Source: Bacteroidia bacterium
GTDB taxonomy: Bacteria; Bacteroidota; Bacteroidia; NS11-12g; UBA955
NCBI GenBank assembly: GCA_044357345.1
Contig: JBIKPR010000002.1
Span: 21,914-85,913 of the forward strand
Direction: 5' to 3'
Length of the DNA: 64,000 bases
The position numbers were made by a program, and so were the translations under genes. Under the pieces are notes generated by a model that ran no database searches, was not told where the DNA came from, and saw only the letters and a program-made list of their open reading frames with translations. Positions 38,409-47,405 of this stretch are shown one piece after another (within the stretch, counting starts at the first letter, position 1; every line of letters begins with the position of its first letter).

Positions 38409-38888
38409 CTACTGTGCGTTCAAAAATGACAACTGTGCCATTTCTTTTTCTTGCTCGGAGCGCATGCCTATGCCTAGGTCGCCAGCATTGCTAACGTAGA
38501 AGGCAAGTTCTTTTAAACTGGTATATAAATCGTGGGCGAAAGTAGAATCTAGTTTTGGGAAAATATCGTTTAAGCCTTTCAACATAGAGATCAACATGTC
38601 GTTTCTTTCTGTGGTTGATTCGGGCAAAGAGCTAATTAACATTTCTATGCTTTCTTCAGTGTGTCCATCAACGGTTTTGTAAACGCCACTTACATCGCGG
38701 GTTTCAGAATACGTTTTGATGTGGATGATTTTAACGGCTTGTTCGATTTCGCTAGGGGTGAATTCACCATCAGAACCAGACACCAAGGCTGAAATTAATA
38801 CTGGTGCATTAACGATTAAATTTTTTTCGGCTGACGATAAATGTTCTATTTTGCTGAGCATACAAATGTTTATATTACTTTTGCGCAA
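38409..38888 (-). CDS. hypothetical protein (weak TerB-like DGxxxxxE pattern)
   Basis: 159-aa ORF with SGSDGEFTPSEIEQA. The true start may be the internal MLSKIEH (38861). Confidence 0.4.
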   Translation of the reverse strand: MRKSNINICMLSKIEHLSSAEKNLIVNAPVLISALVSGSDGEFTPSEIEQAVKIIHIKTYSETRDVSGVYKTVDGHTEESIEMLISSLPESTTERNDMLISMLKGLNDIFPKLDSTFAHDLYTSLKELAFYVSNAGDLGIGMRSEQEKEMAQLSFLNAQ

Positions 38889-38914
38889 AAGTACAATTTT
38901 TTAGCTTTGACACA

Positions 38915-39556
38915 ATGGTAGAAATGGTGAAATTTTTTTTAAGGGAGGAATGGAAAGGCAAATACGCTATTGTCGGGGCTTTTCTGTACATTTTTACCGC
39001 GGTTCTCATCACGTTTTTAAGTCTCCCAGGCATGGACAAGCCCCATTTTAGTGCCATCTTCTGGATTGTTATTGTATTTACCACCTTGCAAGGCATCTCA
39101 AAAGCCTTTATACAAATGCGCAAAAACAATTTCGTTTTTTGGCATCAAATCTGTTCCCCTCAACATTTTTTAGCCGCCCGTTTAATCACCTCAGCGCTTT
39201 TAATGATGGTCTTTACCTTATTCGCGTATGCCGTGTTTACCCTCATGCACGGTCAAGTGAGCGAAGGTGGTCCTAGTTTCTTATTGGTCTGCCTTGTTAC
39301 GGGCATAGGCATATCGTCTATCTTTACCATTAGCAGCAGCATAGCTACCAAAACAGATAATCCAGGTGTCTTATTGCCGGTATTGACTTTCCCTGTTATT
39401 CTGCCCTTAATCTTAATAGGTTCCAAAGCAGGCAAAAAGGCCATCGATGAACTAGGTTTCTCGGTCCTGCTTCCCGACCTATTGGTGCTTATGGCATTTA
39501 ATGTTTTGATTGTGGTAATGGGCTTGGTGTTGATTAAGTTTATATGGAAGGAGTAG
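38915..39556 (+). CDS. CcmB-like (heme exporter B / ABC-2 type) integral membrane protein
   Basis: 213 aa, six TM segments, N-terminal REEWKGKYAIVGAFLYIFTAVLITFLS resembling Bacteroidota CcmB. No ccmA or ccmC adjacent. Confidence 0.45.
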   Translation: MVEMVKFFLREEWKGKYAIVGAFLYIFTAVLITFLSLPGMDKPHFSAIFWIVIVFTTLQGISKAFIQMRKNNFVFWHQICSPQHFLAARLITSALLMMVFTLFAYAVFTLMHGQVSEGGPSFLLVCLVTGIGISSIFTISSSIATKTDNPGVLLPVLTFPVILPLILIGSKAGKKAIDELGFSVLLPDLLVLMAFNVLIVVMGLVLIKFIWKE

Positions 39557-39868
39557 CTCTTCGCCTTGCGAAGAGCTACTCCACAACAGCAAGAGGGCTG
39601 AGTGGAGTGGGAAATACGACGAGATTTCGAAAATATTATAGATCAAAAAATACGATTACATGTTGTAATGGCGTTTTTTTTAAGTGTAACACTTTGAAGG
39701 GCGAAGAGCTATTCCACAACAGCAAGAGGGATGAGTGGAGTAGGAAATACGACTAGATTTCAATTCAATAACAATTGACGAAATTGCATAGAAACTCGAG
39801 CTCGAAATTTATAGGGATACTAGAATCTCCAAACTACATCGACTAAACTCAGCCCTGTTGCTGTTGTT
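39550..39868. repeat. mosaic intergenic repeat cluster
   Basis: A 14-15-bp-stem hairpin (39550-39582) spans the upstream stop codon. The block caacagcaagaggg(c/a)tgagtggagt.ggaaatacga occurs at 39584-39632 and 39717-39761, inverted at 39846-39868, and also at 37602-37650. A truncated REP arm (acatgttgtaatggcg) lies at 39658-39673. Confidence 0.8.
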
Positions 39869-39886
39869 CCTTATTGAGCCGGAGGC

Positions 39887-41086
39887 TCAATAAGCATAGT
39901 CCGTCAAATACTCATACTCATGTGTCAACTTACCGTCTTTGCAAATGCATGCATTGTCGATGACTGTGCTTTCGGTTTTGAGTAGTTCAGGTATTACGTA
40001 TTCGATGAGCATTGCACCGAAGCCTTCGCTGGCATCGCGGGGTAGTTCAGTTGGTAAATTGCCTACCGCCATAATGTCGATGGTGTTGTCTAAATACGGC
40101 TCACACATGCTCATTGACATAGGATCGTAACCAAATACAGGGTCAAATATCTTGGTGTCTTTTAAAGTAATGGGAACACCACCATTTACATCGCAACTGA
40201 TATCGGCAATCACTTTGGTTTTGAAGGTACTTAATCGGGTGTCGTTTTCAGAAAACAAACGGTCCATACGCTCGTCCCAGTAAATGCCATTAATCAATAA
40301 ATCGCAATGCGGTAAATAGTACCTAAACACACAACGGTAACGGGTAGGGTCGTGGTGAAAATCGCTTCTATCATAAGCCTTGCCATCAATACGCTCGTAT
40401 AGGTTTTCACTTAACAAAACTGCAAACACCGGTTCTGCAAATATCTTGGTTAAAATATCCGCTGGTGTTACCTGTTTGATGCCTACTTCGTTTAATAACT
40501 CAAGGGCACCTAGTGACACACGCCCATTGCCGGTAAGAATGATTTTTATATTTGGTAAAATTGCTTTTTTTAGCTCGCGTTTTAGCTCAGCATAATCCCC
40601 ACATTGGTAGGCCGGTTTGAGATCGAAAGTCTTGTATTTCTTACCCCAAGCGATCAGTCCGTTGTAAGCACCAACCACACCAGCAAAGCGACCAAAACCA
40701 AGTATACGGTCGCCGTTTTTCCAACGCAAGGTTTCGTAATCAATGAGTTTAATTTTCTTTTCAATCAATGCATGCATCAAGCCTTTGTTGTGTGCTTGTT
40801 TTTTGATGGTATGCGAAAAGAATAAATAGGTTTTATTGGCTATCAATTTATCGGACGGAACTTCCTTAATTCCGAATAAAAAATCGCAGGCACTCAGGTC
40901 TTCTTTTACTTCAACGCCCACTTTCGTGTATAATTCATCAGAAAAGCAACGATCGTTCGACGATTGGATCAAGAGTTGCAATTGTGGGTAACGCGACTTC
41001 AATTCAACACACTGTGCAGGGGTAAAGGCTACACGTTTATCAGCGGGTTGTTTTTCTTCTCGAATAATACCGATTGAGATGGACAT
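39887..41086 (-). CDS. AlaDH/PNT-family NAD(P)-dependent oxidoreductase (saccharopine dehydrogenase-like)
   Basis: GIIREEK..ADKRVAFTP start, a central GNGRVSLGA Rossmann motif, about 400 aa. Confidence 0.6.
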   Translation of the reverse strand: MSISIGIIREEKQPADKRVAFTPAQCVELKSRYPQLQLLIQSSNDRCFSDELYTKVGVEVKEDLSACDFLFGIKEVPSDKLIANKTYLFFSHTIKKQAHNKGLMHALIEKKIKLIDYETLRWKNGDRILGFGRFAGVVGAYNGLIAWGKKYKTFDLKPAYQCGDYAELKRELKKAILPNIKIILTGNGRVSLGALELLNEVGIKQVTPADILTKIFAEPVFAVLLSENLYERIDGKAYDRSDFHHDPTRYRCVFRYYLPHCDLLINGIYWDERMDRLFSENDTRLSTFKTKVIADISCDVNGGVPITLKDTKIFDPVFGYDPMSMSMCEPYLDNTIDIMAVGNLPTELPRDASEGFGAMLIEYVIPELLKTESTVIDNACICKDGKLTHEYEYLTDYAY

Positions 41087-41186
41087 GGGGCAAAGGTAAT
41101 GGAAACGGATGTATTAGGGGATAAGGTCTAGTGTTTAGGGTATAGTTTTTTGATATTGCTTGATTATAGCCAATGCTAAAATTGAT

Positions 41187-41233
41187 ACATGTTGTTGGTA
41201 TACTCGCGAGCTCGTGAGAACGCTTCACTTCGT
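41187..41233 (+). repeat. half REP unit with expanded-loop block
   Basis: acatgttgttggtatactcgcgagctcgtgagaacgcttcacttcgttgcgc matches the reverse complement of 18623-18669 with a few mismatches. The closing ccaacaac arm is missing. Confidence 0.7.
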
Positions 41234-41404
41234 TGCGCATTTGCAACTTTGCACGAATTCTGCCGCGGGGAGTGGAGTCTCTGGTACATTGATCAATTCA
41301 TCAATATTTCAATTCCTAATTTTCTCACTTTATCACTTGCTTTGCTTACAAAAGAAGCCATGCCTTAAGTAAGTGTACTATTGATAAAAATGAAATGTAT
41401 TTAG

Positions 41405-41412
41405 TATATTTG
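41405..41412 (+). promoter_or_regulatory. Bacteroidota -7 promoter box upstream of the TA pair
   Basis: tatatttg, 4 nt before the GTG start at 41417. Confidence 0.4.
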
Positions 41413-41416
41413 CTTT

Positions 41417-41707
41417 GTGAAAAATCTCACAGTGATATTAGAAACATTAAAAGTTAATAAGCATAGACTTACTGAAAAATACGGTCTAAGTTTTTTGGCT
41501 GTTTTTGGTTCATATAGTCGTGAGCAGCAGCAATCAAAAAGCGATGTAGATATTCTTGTCGATTTCAAAAAGCCAATCGGTATAGAGTTTATAGATCTTG
41601 CGGATGAGCTTGAATCGATTTTAAAACTTAAAGTTGACCTTGTTTCTAAAAATGGTCTAAAACCTCAATATTTTGCAGTCATTGAAAAAGATTTGAAATA
41701 TGTCTAA
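41417..41707 (+). CDS. mntA: MNT-type nucleotidyltransferase antitoxin
   Basis: FGSYSRE...SDVDILVDF (GS...DxD polymerase-beta NTase motif). 96 aa, with an 8-nt overlap to the partner gene. Confidence 0.85.
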   Translation: MKNLTVILETLKVNKHRLTEKYGLSFLAVFGSYSREQQQSKSDVDILVDFKKPIGIEFIDLADELESILKLKVDLVSKNGLKPQYFAVIEKDLKYV

Positions 41708-42035
41708 TAGAGAGCCAATTTTGTTGATTTCAGATATATTAAGTTCTATTGCTAAAATAAAAACTTATATTATAGGATACACATTTGAAGGCTTTGTTAA
41801 TGATTCTAAAACATGCGATGCAGTTATAAGGAATTTTGAGATTATTGGGGAAGCTGCCAATAGAATTCCAGATGAAATGAGAGAACAATATCCGGAAATT
41901 AATTGGTTTAGAATACGTGGATTCAGGAATAGAATAGTACACGATTATATGGGGATTGATTACAGTATTGTTTGGGTCATTATTAAAAATGATTTGGATG
42001 CTTTAGAAAGTGAAATTTCTAAGATTATAATTTAA
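41700..42035 (+). CDS. hepT: HEPN (DUF86) toxin HepT
   Basis: RNRIVHDY (R-x4-H HEPN RNase motif). 111 aa. Confidence 0.87.
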   Translation: MSNREPILLISDILSSIAKIKTYIIGYTFEGFVNDSKTCDAVIRNFEIIGEAANRIPDEMREQYPEINWFRIRGFRNRIVHDYMGIDYSIVWVIIKNDLDALESEISKIII

Positions 42036-42226
42036 ATTTATCTATTGATATTCAATGATCTTTTATAGGCATCTCAGCTTCTTTTTGGGGTTATAGCAAA
42101 TTTATGGTTATTAAGTGAATGTGAATCCATTACCAGAGACTACACTTCATTTAGTCACGGTAAGCGTTTCAGAATTTAACCCCATCGGGGTGTAACATTT
42201 GTAGAGATTGTGGTTAAAATTCAAAG

Positions 42227-42500
42227 GGGAATAACTTTGTTGTTCCCGAGGTGGGGGCCTTACAAGGACATTCATTTCAATGCGCTTTTATTCAAAAGCT
42301 TTTTTTTAGAGTGAATGAGAATGTGAAATATTAGGGAATAACTTTGTTGTTCCCGAGGTGGGGGACTTACAAGAACATTCATTTCAATGCGCTTTTATTC
42401 AAAAGCTTTTTTTTAGAGTGAATGAGAATGTGAAATATTAGGGAATAACTTTGTTGTTCCCGACGTGGGGGCCTTACAAGGACAAACAATTGAATGCGCT
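42227..42500 (+). repeat. 107-bp tandem repeat, 2.5 copies
   Basis: Unit starts (gggaataactttgttgttcccga...) at 42227, 42334 and 42441. Each unit has a 9-bp-stem hairpin gggaataac-ttt-gttgttccc and the agagtgaatgagaatgtgaaat module. Confidence 0.85.
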
Positions 42501-42566
42501 TTTTCAAAGCTTTTTTTAATTCCATCTCTGCTTTTGAAAGTGAACTTTCAACGCATTAATAGAATT

Positions 42567-42595
42567 AAAAATGCCAACACTGTCGTGTTGGCATT
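42567..42595 (-). terminator. Rho-independent terminator of ssrA
   Basis: The minus strand reads aatgccaacac-gaca-gtgttggcatt followed by tttaatt, 17 nt after the tmRNA 3' end. Confidence 0.55.
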
Positions 42596-42611
42596 CAATT
42601 GTTTGTTCTTG

Positions 42612-42979
42612 TGGAGCTGGAGGGAATCGAACCCTCGTCCGAACTAGGAAATGATGGCGCTTTCTACATGTTTAGAAACCATTATTTTTCGAGTTGTGAA
42701 AGCTTGGTTTCAGACCTTGCCACAACCTTATGCTACTTGTAATGCAAACAGCCGCTGCAACACTGCTTACATACCCGGGTATGTCGAACACCGTAACCCG
42801 TTACCGACCCAGACAAGGGCAACGACAGTGTATGGAAATTTACCTAATCACTGATTAAGCAGCCATTGCGAAGTTATTTTCGCCTCTTGAAGTTTTGAGT
42901 GTTGAGATTAAAGAGCCAGCAAACAAAGCTCTACATGCTTACACCCCATTCGCTCTACCCGTCAATTCCGGTCAGCCCC
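42612..42979 (-). ncRNA. ssrA: transfer-messenger RNA (tmRNA)
   Basis: The minus strand starts ggggctgaccggaattgacgg and ends ggacgagggttcgattccctccagctcca (T-arm plus acceptor). The internal tag ORF ggc gaa aat aac ttc gca atg gct gct taa (42855-42884) encodes GENNFAMAA. The two track ORFs here are spurious. Confidence 0.9.
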
Positions 42980-43154
42980 ATGTGGTTTTTACGAACTGCA
43001 AAGATACGGACAATTGAAAATAAATTAATGTAAATTTGTTGTGCTATTAAGTCCTGATATTCTGTCAAAATTTTCGAACAACTCTGACTCATGTTTTTTC
43101 ATTTTGTCTGAACGTCCATTTGTATAATTTTTTCAATTCATCTACAATTTCAAT

Positions 43155-43184
43155 CTCCACTCCCGATAGCTATCGGGAGTGGAG
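43155..43184. repeat. 30-nt perfect palindrome
   Basis: ctccactcccgatag|ctatcgggagtggag. It lies between the nrdA 3' end and the ssrA promoter side and shares the gagtggag motif with the dispersed repeat family. Confidence 0.75.
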
Positions 43185-43338
43185 CTGTGTTACTCCCACA
43201 GTTCTAGGTGGGATCTAATGTTGGGTTGTGAAACTAGGTGAAGTCTTATGGTATGGGGTCAACCCAATCTCATCACGGACCATCCAAAACGTCGGTTTCT
43301 TTTAAGATTTATTATTTGTCAAATGCTTTTGTTTTTTC

Positions 43339-45741
43339 TTAAGAACCGCAGCTGATGCATCCTTCTTCCATGGAGCATGCAGCACCTTCACTGAATACGG
43401 GTTGTATGTCTTTGCTCGGGTTTGTTAAATCGTTTGTGGGTGCAGCAGTGGGGATTACTGGACTTACCTCATTATTGCCTTGCTTTTCTACTGTAAATTG
43501 GACTGCTTGCGATGCGGCTTGTGTACGCAAATAATACATACCTGTTTTTAAGCCACTTTTCCAAGCGTGAAAGTGCATTGAAGTTAATTTAGACGTATTA
43601 GGATTGTCGATAAATAAGTTTAATGATTGCGATTGACAAACAAAGGCACCCCTATCGGCTGACATATCGATGATGTTACGTTGCTTTATTTCCCAAACTG
43701 TTTTGTATAGCTCTTTAATATCACCTGGTATTTCATCTATATTTTGTATACTGCCATTGGCGGCTACAATTTTGTTTTTCATGCTGTTGTCCCATAAACC
43801 TAAGCTTACTAAGTCTTTCAACAAATGTTTGTTAACGATGATGAATTCGCCACTCAAAACCCTTCGTGTATAAATGTTGGATGTATAGGGTTCAAAACAT
43901 TCGTTGTTTCCGAAAATTTGAGAAGTAGAAGCTGTGGGCATTGGCGCTAGTAAAAGCGAATTTCGTACACCGTGCTTTAGTACTTCTTCTTTTAATGTTT
44001 TCCAATCCCATTTTTCAGATGGGATTACATTCCACATGTCAAATTGAAATATTCCTTTAGAAACTGGGGAGCCTTCATATGTTTGGTAGGGTCCTTGTGT
44101 TTTTGCCAAATCTTTACTAGCGGTCATAGCTGCAAAGTATATGGTTTCAAAAATATTTTTATTCAATGCTTTGGCCGATTCACTCTCAAAAGGCAAACGC
44201 AATAAAATAAAAACATCTGCCAATCCTTGCACACCAATACCAATTGGCCTGTGTTTCATATTGGAGTTTTTGGCCTCGATTACTGGATAATAATTGTTAT
44301 CAATAATTTTGTTCAGATTTTTTGCAACCTGGTACGTTACATCGTACAATTTTTGGTGATCAAATTTCCCTTCAAGTACAAATTTCGGCAACGCAATAGA
44401 GGCCAAATTGCATACAGCAACTTCGTCGGGACTGGTATATTCCATAATCTCAGTGCAAAGATTGCTGCTTTTAATGGTTCCAATATTTTGTTGATTGCTT
44501 TTGCTGTTTGCCGCATCTTTATAAAGCATATAAGGTGTTCCTGTTTCTATTTGCGATTGCAAAATGGCGAACCACAAATCTTGCGCTTTTATTGTTTTTC
44601 TTGCTTTGCCTTCCGATTCATATTTGGTGTACAAGGCTTCAAATTCGTTGCCCCAACATTCGCTTAAACCAGGGCATTCATTTGGACAAAACAAACTCCA
44701 TTCTCCATTGGCTTCAACACGTTTCATAAATAAATCGCAAATCCATAAGGCAAAAAACAAATCTCTGGCACGCATTTCTTCTTTTCCGTGGTTTTTTCTC
44801 AAATCTAAGAAATCAAAAATATCGGCATGCCAAGGTTCAATGTAAATGGCAAAAGCACCTTTTCTTTTTCCTCCACCTTGGTCCACATATCGCGCAGTAT
44901 CGTTAAACACCCTCAGCATTGGAACAATGCCATTGCTTGTGCCGTTTGTGCCACCAATGTAACTGCCTGTGGCTCTAACATTGTGAATGGCCAAGCCAAT
45001 GCCGCCAGCACTTTGCGATATTTTTGCTGTTTGTTTTAATGTGTCGTATATTCCATCTATGCTATCCTCTTTAACGGTTAATAAAAAGCAAGAACTCATT
45101 TGAGGCTTTGGTGTTCCTGCATTGAACAAAGTAGGTGTGGCATGTGTCATCCATTTTTCGCTCATTAAATGGTAAGTAGCAATTGCATTTTCAATATCTT
45201 CTTTGTGTATGCCCAAGGCCACCCTCATATACATATGTTGTGGGCGTTCAACTATTTTTCCATTTACTTTTAAGAGGTACGATTTTTCTAGGGTTTTAAA
45301 ACCAAAATAGTCGAATCCAAAGTCTCTGTCATAAATGATTGTACTATCCAATAATTCTTCGTTTTCGTCAATAATCTTCATCACATCATCTGCTATCAAT
45401 GGAAGTGTTTTATTGGTGTTTTCATCCACATAATTGTACAAACTACGCATTGTTGCTGAAAAGCTTTTAGTGGTGTTTTTGTGCAAATTGCTTACTGCAA
45501 TTCTTGAAGCAAGAATGGCATAATCAGGATGGGCAATGGTTAATGAAGCAGCGGTTTCAGCCGCCAAGTTGTCCAGTTCTGTTGTTGGTACACCTGCATA
45601 TATTCCTTCAATGGTTTTTTTTGCAACCTCTATCACATTCACAATAGGGCTAAGGCTATAACTTAACTTCTCTAAACGGGCAGTTACTTTGTCAAATTTT
45701 ACCGCTTCTTGTTTGCCATTTCTTTTTATTACGAAACTCAT
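43339..45741 (-). CDS. nrdA: class Ia ribonucleoside-diphosphate reductase alpha subunit
   Basis: N-terminal ATP cone ([16 protein letters not shown]), [17 protein letters not shown], and a C-terminal Cys pair. Confidence 0.96.
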   Translation of the reverse strand: MSFVIKRNGKQEAVKFDKVTARLEKLSYSLSPIVNVIEVAKKTIEGIYAGVPTTELDNLAAETAASLTIAHPDYAILASRIAVSNLHKNTTKSFSATMRSLYNYVDENTNKTLPLIADDVMKIIDENEELLDSTIIYDRDFGFDYFGFKTLEKSYLLKVNGKIVERPQHMYMRVALGIHKEDIENAIATYHLMSEKWMTHATPTLFNAGTPKPQMSSCFLLTVKEDSIDGIYDTLKQTAKISQSAGGIGLAIHNVRATGSYIGGTNGTSNGIVPMLRVFNDTARYVDQGGGKRKGAFAIYIEPWHADIFDFLDLRKNHGKEEMRARDLFFALWICDLFMKRVEANGEWSLFCPNECPGLSECWGNEFEALYTKYESEGKARKTIKAQDLWFAILQSQIETGTPYMLYKDAANSKSNQQNIGTIKSSNLCTEIMEYTSPDEVAVCNLASIALPKFVLEGKFDHQKLYDVTYQVAKNLNKIIDNNYYPVIEAKNSNMKHRPIGIGVQGLADVFILLRLPFESESAKALNKNIFETIYFAAMTASKDLAKTQGPYQTYEGSPVSKGIFQFDMWNVIPSEKWDWKTLKEEVLKHGVRNSLLLAPMPTASTSQIFGNNECFEPYTSNIYTRRVLSGEFIIVNKHLLKDLVSLGLWDNSMKNKIVAANGSIQNIDEIPGDIKELYKTVWEIKQRNIIDMSADRGAFVCQSQSLNLFIDNPNTSKLTSMHFHAWKSGLKTGMYYLRTQAASQAVQFTVEKQGNNEVSPVIPTAAPTNDLTNPSKDIQPVFSEGAACSMEEGCISCGS

Positions 45742-45761
45742 ATTACTAAATATCTTTGTTG

Positions 45762-46739
45762 TTAAAAATCTTCTTCTGTCGAAAATACTTGACTGTCTTT
45801 CTCAGCCATTACACCTGCTTTTTGATAATCACCAACTCTCTTTTCGAAAAAATTGGTTTTACCTTGCAATGAAATCATTTCCATGAAATCGAAAGGATTG
45901 GTTGTGTTGTACACTTTTGAGTAACCCAGTTCGTTTAACCATCTATCGGCTACAAACTCAATGTATTGTTGCATGAGCTTTGCATTCATACCGATTAAAT
46001 CGACAGGTAAGGATTCGCTTACAAACTCTTTCTCAATCTCAACAGCTTCTAGAATAATTTTTTGTACTTCTTCCTCTGTCATTTTGTTTTCCAACATGCT
46101 GTACATAAGACAAGCAAATTCGCAATGTAATCCCTCATCACGGCTTATCAATTCATTGCTGAAAGTCAATCCTGGCATCAAACCTCTTTTTTTCATCCAA
46201 AAAATCGAACAAAAACTGCCACTAAAGAAAATGCCTTCAACGGCTGCAAACGCGACCAATCTTTGGGCGAAATTTCCGTTCTCAATCCATTTCAAAGCCC
46301 ACTCTGCTTTTCTCTTTACGGCTGGAATGGTGTCTATGCCATGAAAAAGTTTGTCTTTTTCAACGTTATCTTTTATATAGGTGTCTATCAGCAAAGCATA
46401 TGTTTCGCTGTGTATGTTTTCCATCATAATTTGAAAACCATAAAAGCAACGTGCTTCTGGCAACTGAACTTCACGCATAAAGTTAACCGCCAAGTTTTCA
46501 TTTACGATGCCATCGCTTGCAGCAAAAAATGCCAAAATGTGGGAAATGAAATGGCGCTCTCCATCATTTAAGTTGTTCCAATCTTTTGTGTCCCCAGTTA
46601 GGTCAATTTCTTCAGCCGTCCAAAAGCTCGCTTCATGACGTTTGTAGTGCTCCCAAATTTTAGGGTAGTTAATTGGTAGAATAACAAAACGGTCTTTGTT
46701 TTCTTTAAGTAGTAATTCTGTTTGGTTTACAGTATTCAT
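45762..46739 (-). CDS. nrdB: class Ia ribonucleoside-diphosphate reductase beta subunit
   Basis: [17 protein letters not shown] and ISRDEGLH di-iron/tyrosyl radical motifs. Confidence 0.96.
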   Translation of the reverse strand: MNTVNQTELLLKENKDRFVILPINYPKIWEHYKRHEASFWTAEEIDLTGDTKDWNNLNDGERHFISHILAFFAASDGIVNENLAVNFMREVQLPEARCFYGFQIMMENIHSETYALLIDTYIKDNVEKDKLFHGIDTIPAVKRKAEWALKWIENGNFAQRLVAFAAVEGIFFSGSFCSIFWMKKRGLMPGLTFSNELISRDEGLHCEFACLMYSMLENKMTEEEVQKIILEAVEIEKEFVSESLPVDLIGMNAKLMQQYIEFVADRWLNELGYSKVYNTTNPFDFMEMISLQGKTNFFEKRVGDYQKAGVMAEKDSQVFSTEEDF

Positions 46740-47279
46740 TTATCGTTGTTTATTGGCTATTAAAAGGTCGCAAAGAAGAAACGTACAACGATAATTTACC
46801 CAAATGGGTAATTAATGGAGTGCATTTACCTTTGTTGCGAAGGCTCGGCACAAAATTATTTTGTAAGGCAATCTGACTTTTCCATTTCTGGAATTACAGT
46901 TACGCAATAGTTCATGATTTTCACATGATTTCCCTTATTTTCTGTAACAGAAGCAAAATAATGATGTAAAGAACTGATGCAAATTTAGTAAGTTTTCTGC
47001 CTCAAAATTTTATATTTAGACACACTCTTTAAACAATATTTTTTGCTGTTCGCTTAAACCGAATGCTTGTTTTTACTGTTTTACATGGTGCTAAAAATTA
47101 CCCAAAGTGGCGTTAATACTTAAAACGGAAATCGAGCTAAACAGTTAAGTCAATAAAATGTTTGCTGCTTACACTTGCTTTTTTTCAATTCCTTGTCTAC
47201 AATTTAATGCGCTTAAAAATCGATTCACAATCCTTTCTTTCTTTTTTGTAAAATAAGCATGGATTTCATGAAATGCGAG

Positions 47280-47302
47280 ATCATGCGAGAATCTCGCATG
47301 AT
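47280..47302. promoter_or_regulatory. 23-nt perfect palindrome, candidate operator upstream of the orphan gene
   Basis: atcatgcgaga-a-tctcgcatgat. It is preceded by a partial direct copy atgcgaga and lies 104 nt upstream of the ATG at 47406. The loop is too small for an RNA hairpin. Confidence 0.35.
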
Positions 47303-47405
47303 TTGTTTTTAAGGCTATTTAAAACTATTCGGCTAAATTAATTGTTTTGGTAAAAGACTTTATCGATTTATAAAAATTTAGAGAATTAAAAGCAAAAGCA
47401 ATAGC

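Noticed and set aside
38291-38494. 67-aa ORF after the RAYT gene, and similar ORFs at 39544-39756, 41040-41246 and 41160-41372
   Set aside because: All are read through REP or mosaic repeat sequence, or antisense to real genes. None has a recognisable start context or motif.
42227-42500. Possible CRISPR arrays (also considered for 8691-8837 and 48619-48875)
   Set aside because: These are head-to-tail tandem repeats of 107, 49 and 115 bp without unique spacers between short repeats, and no cas genes are in the window.
41100-42611. A classical ssrA-integrated genomic island
   Set aside because: I could find no integrase, no duplicated ssrA 3' fragment in the window and only 1.5 kb of accessory DNA. 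It is kept only as a weak scar hypothesis in the findings.
42465-42854. Two plus-strand ORFs of 60 and 67 aa
   Set aside because: They overlap the minus-strand tmRNA gene and its terminator. Their translations have no protein-like features.
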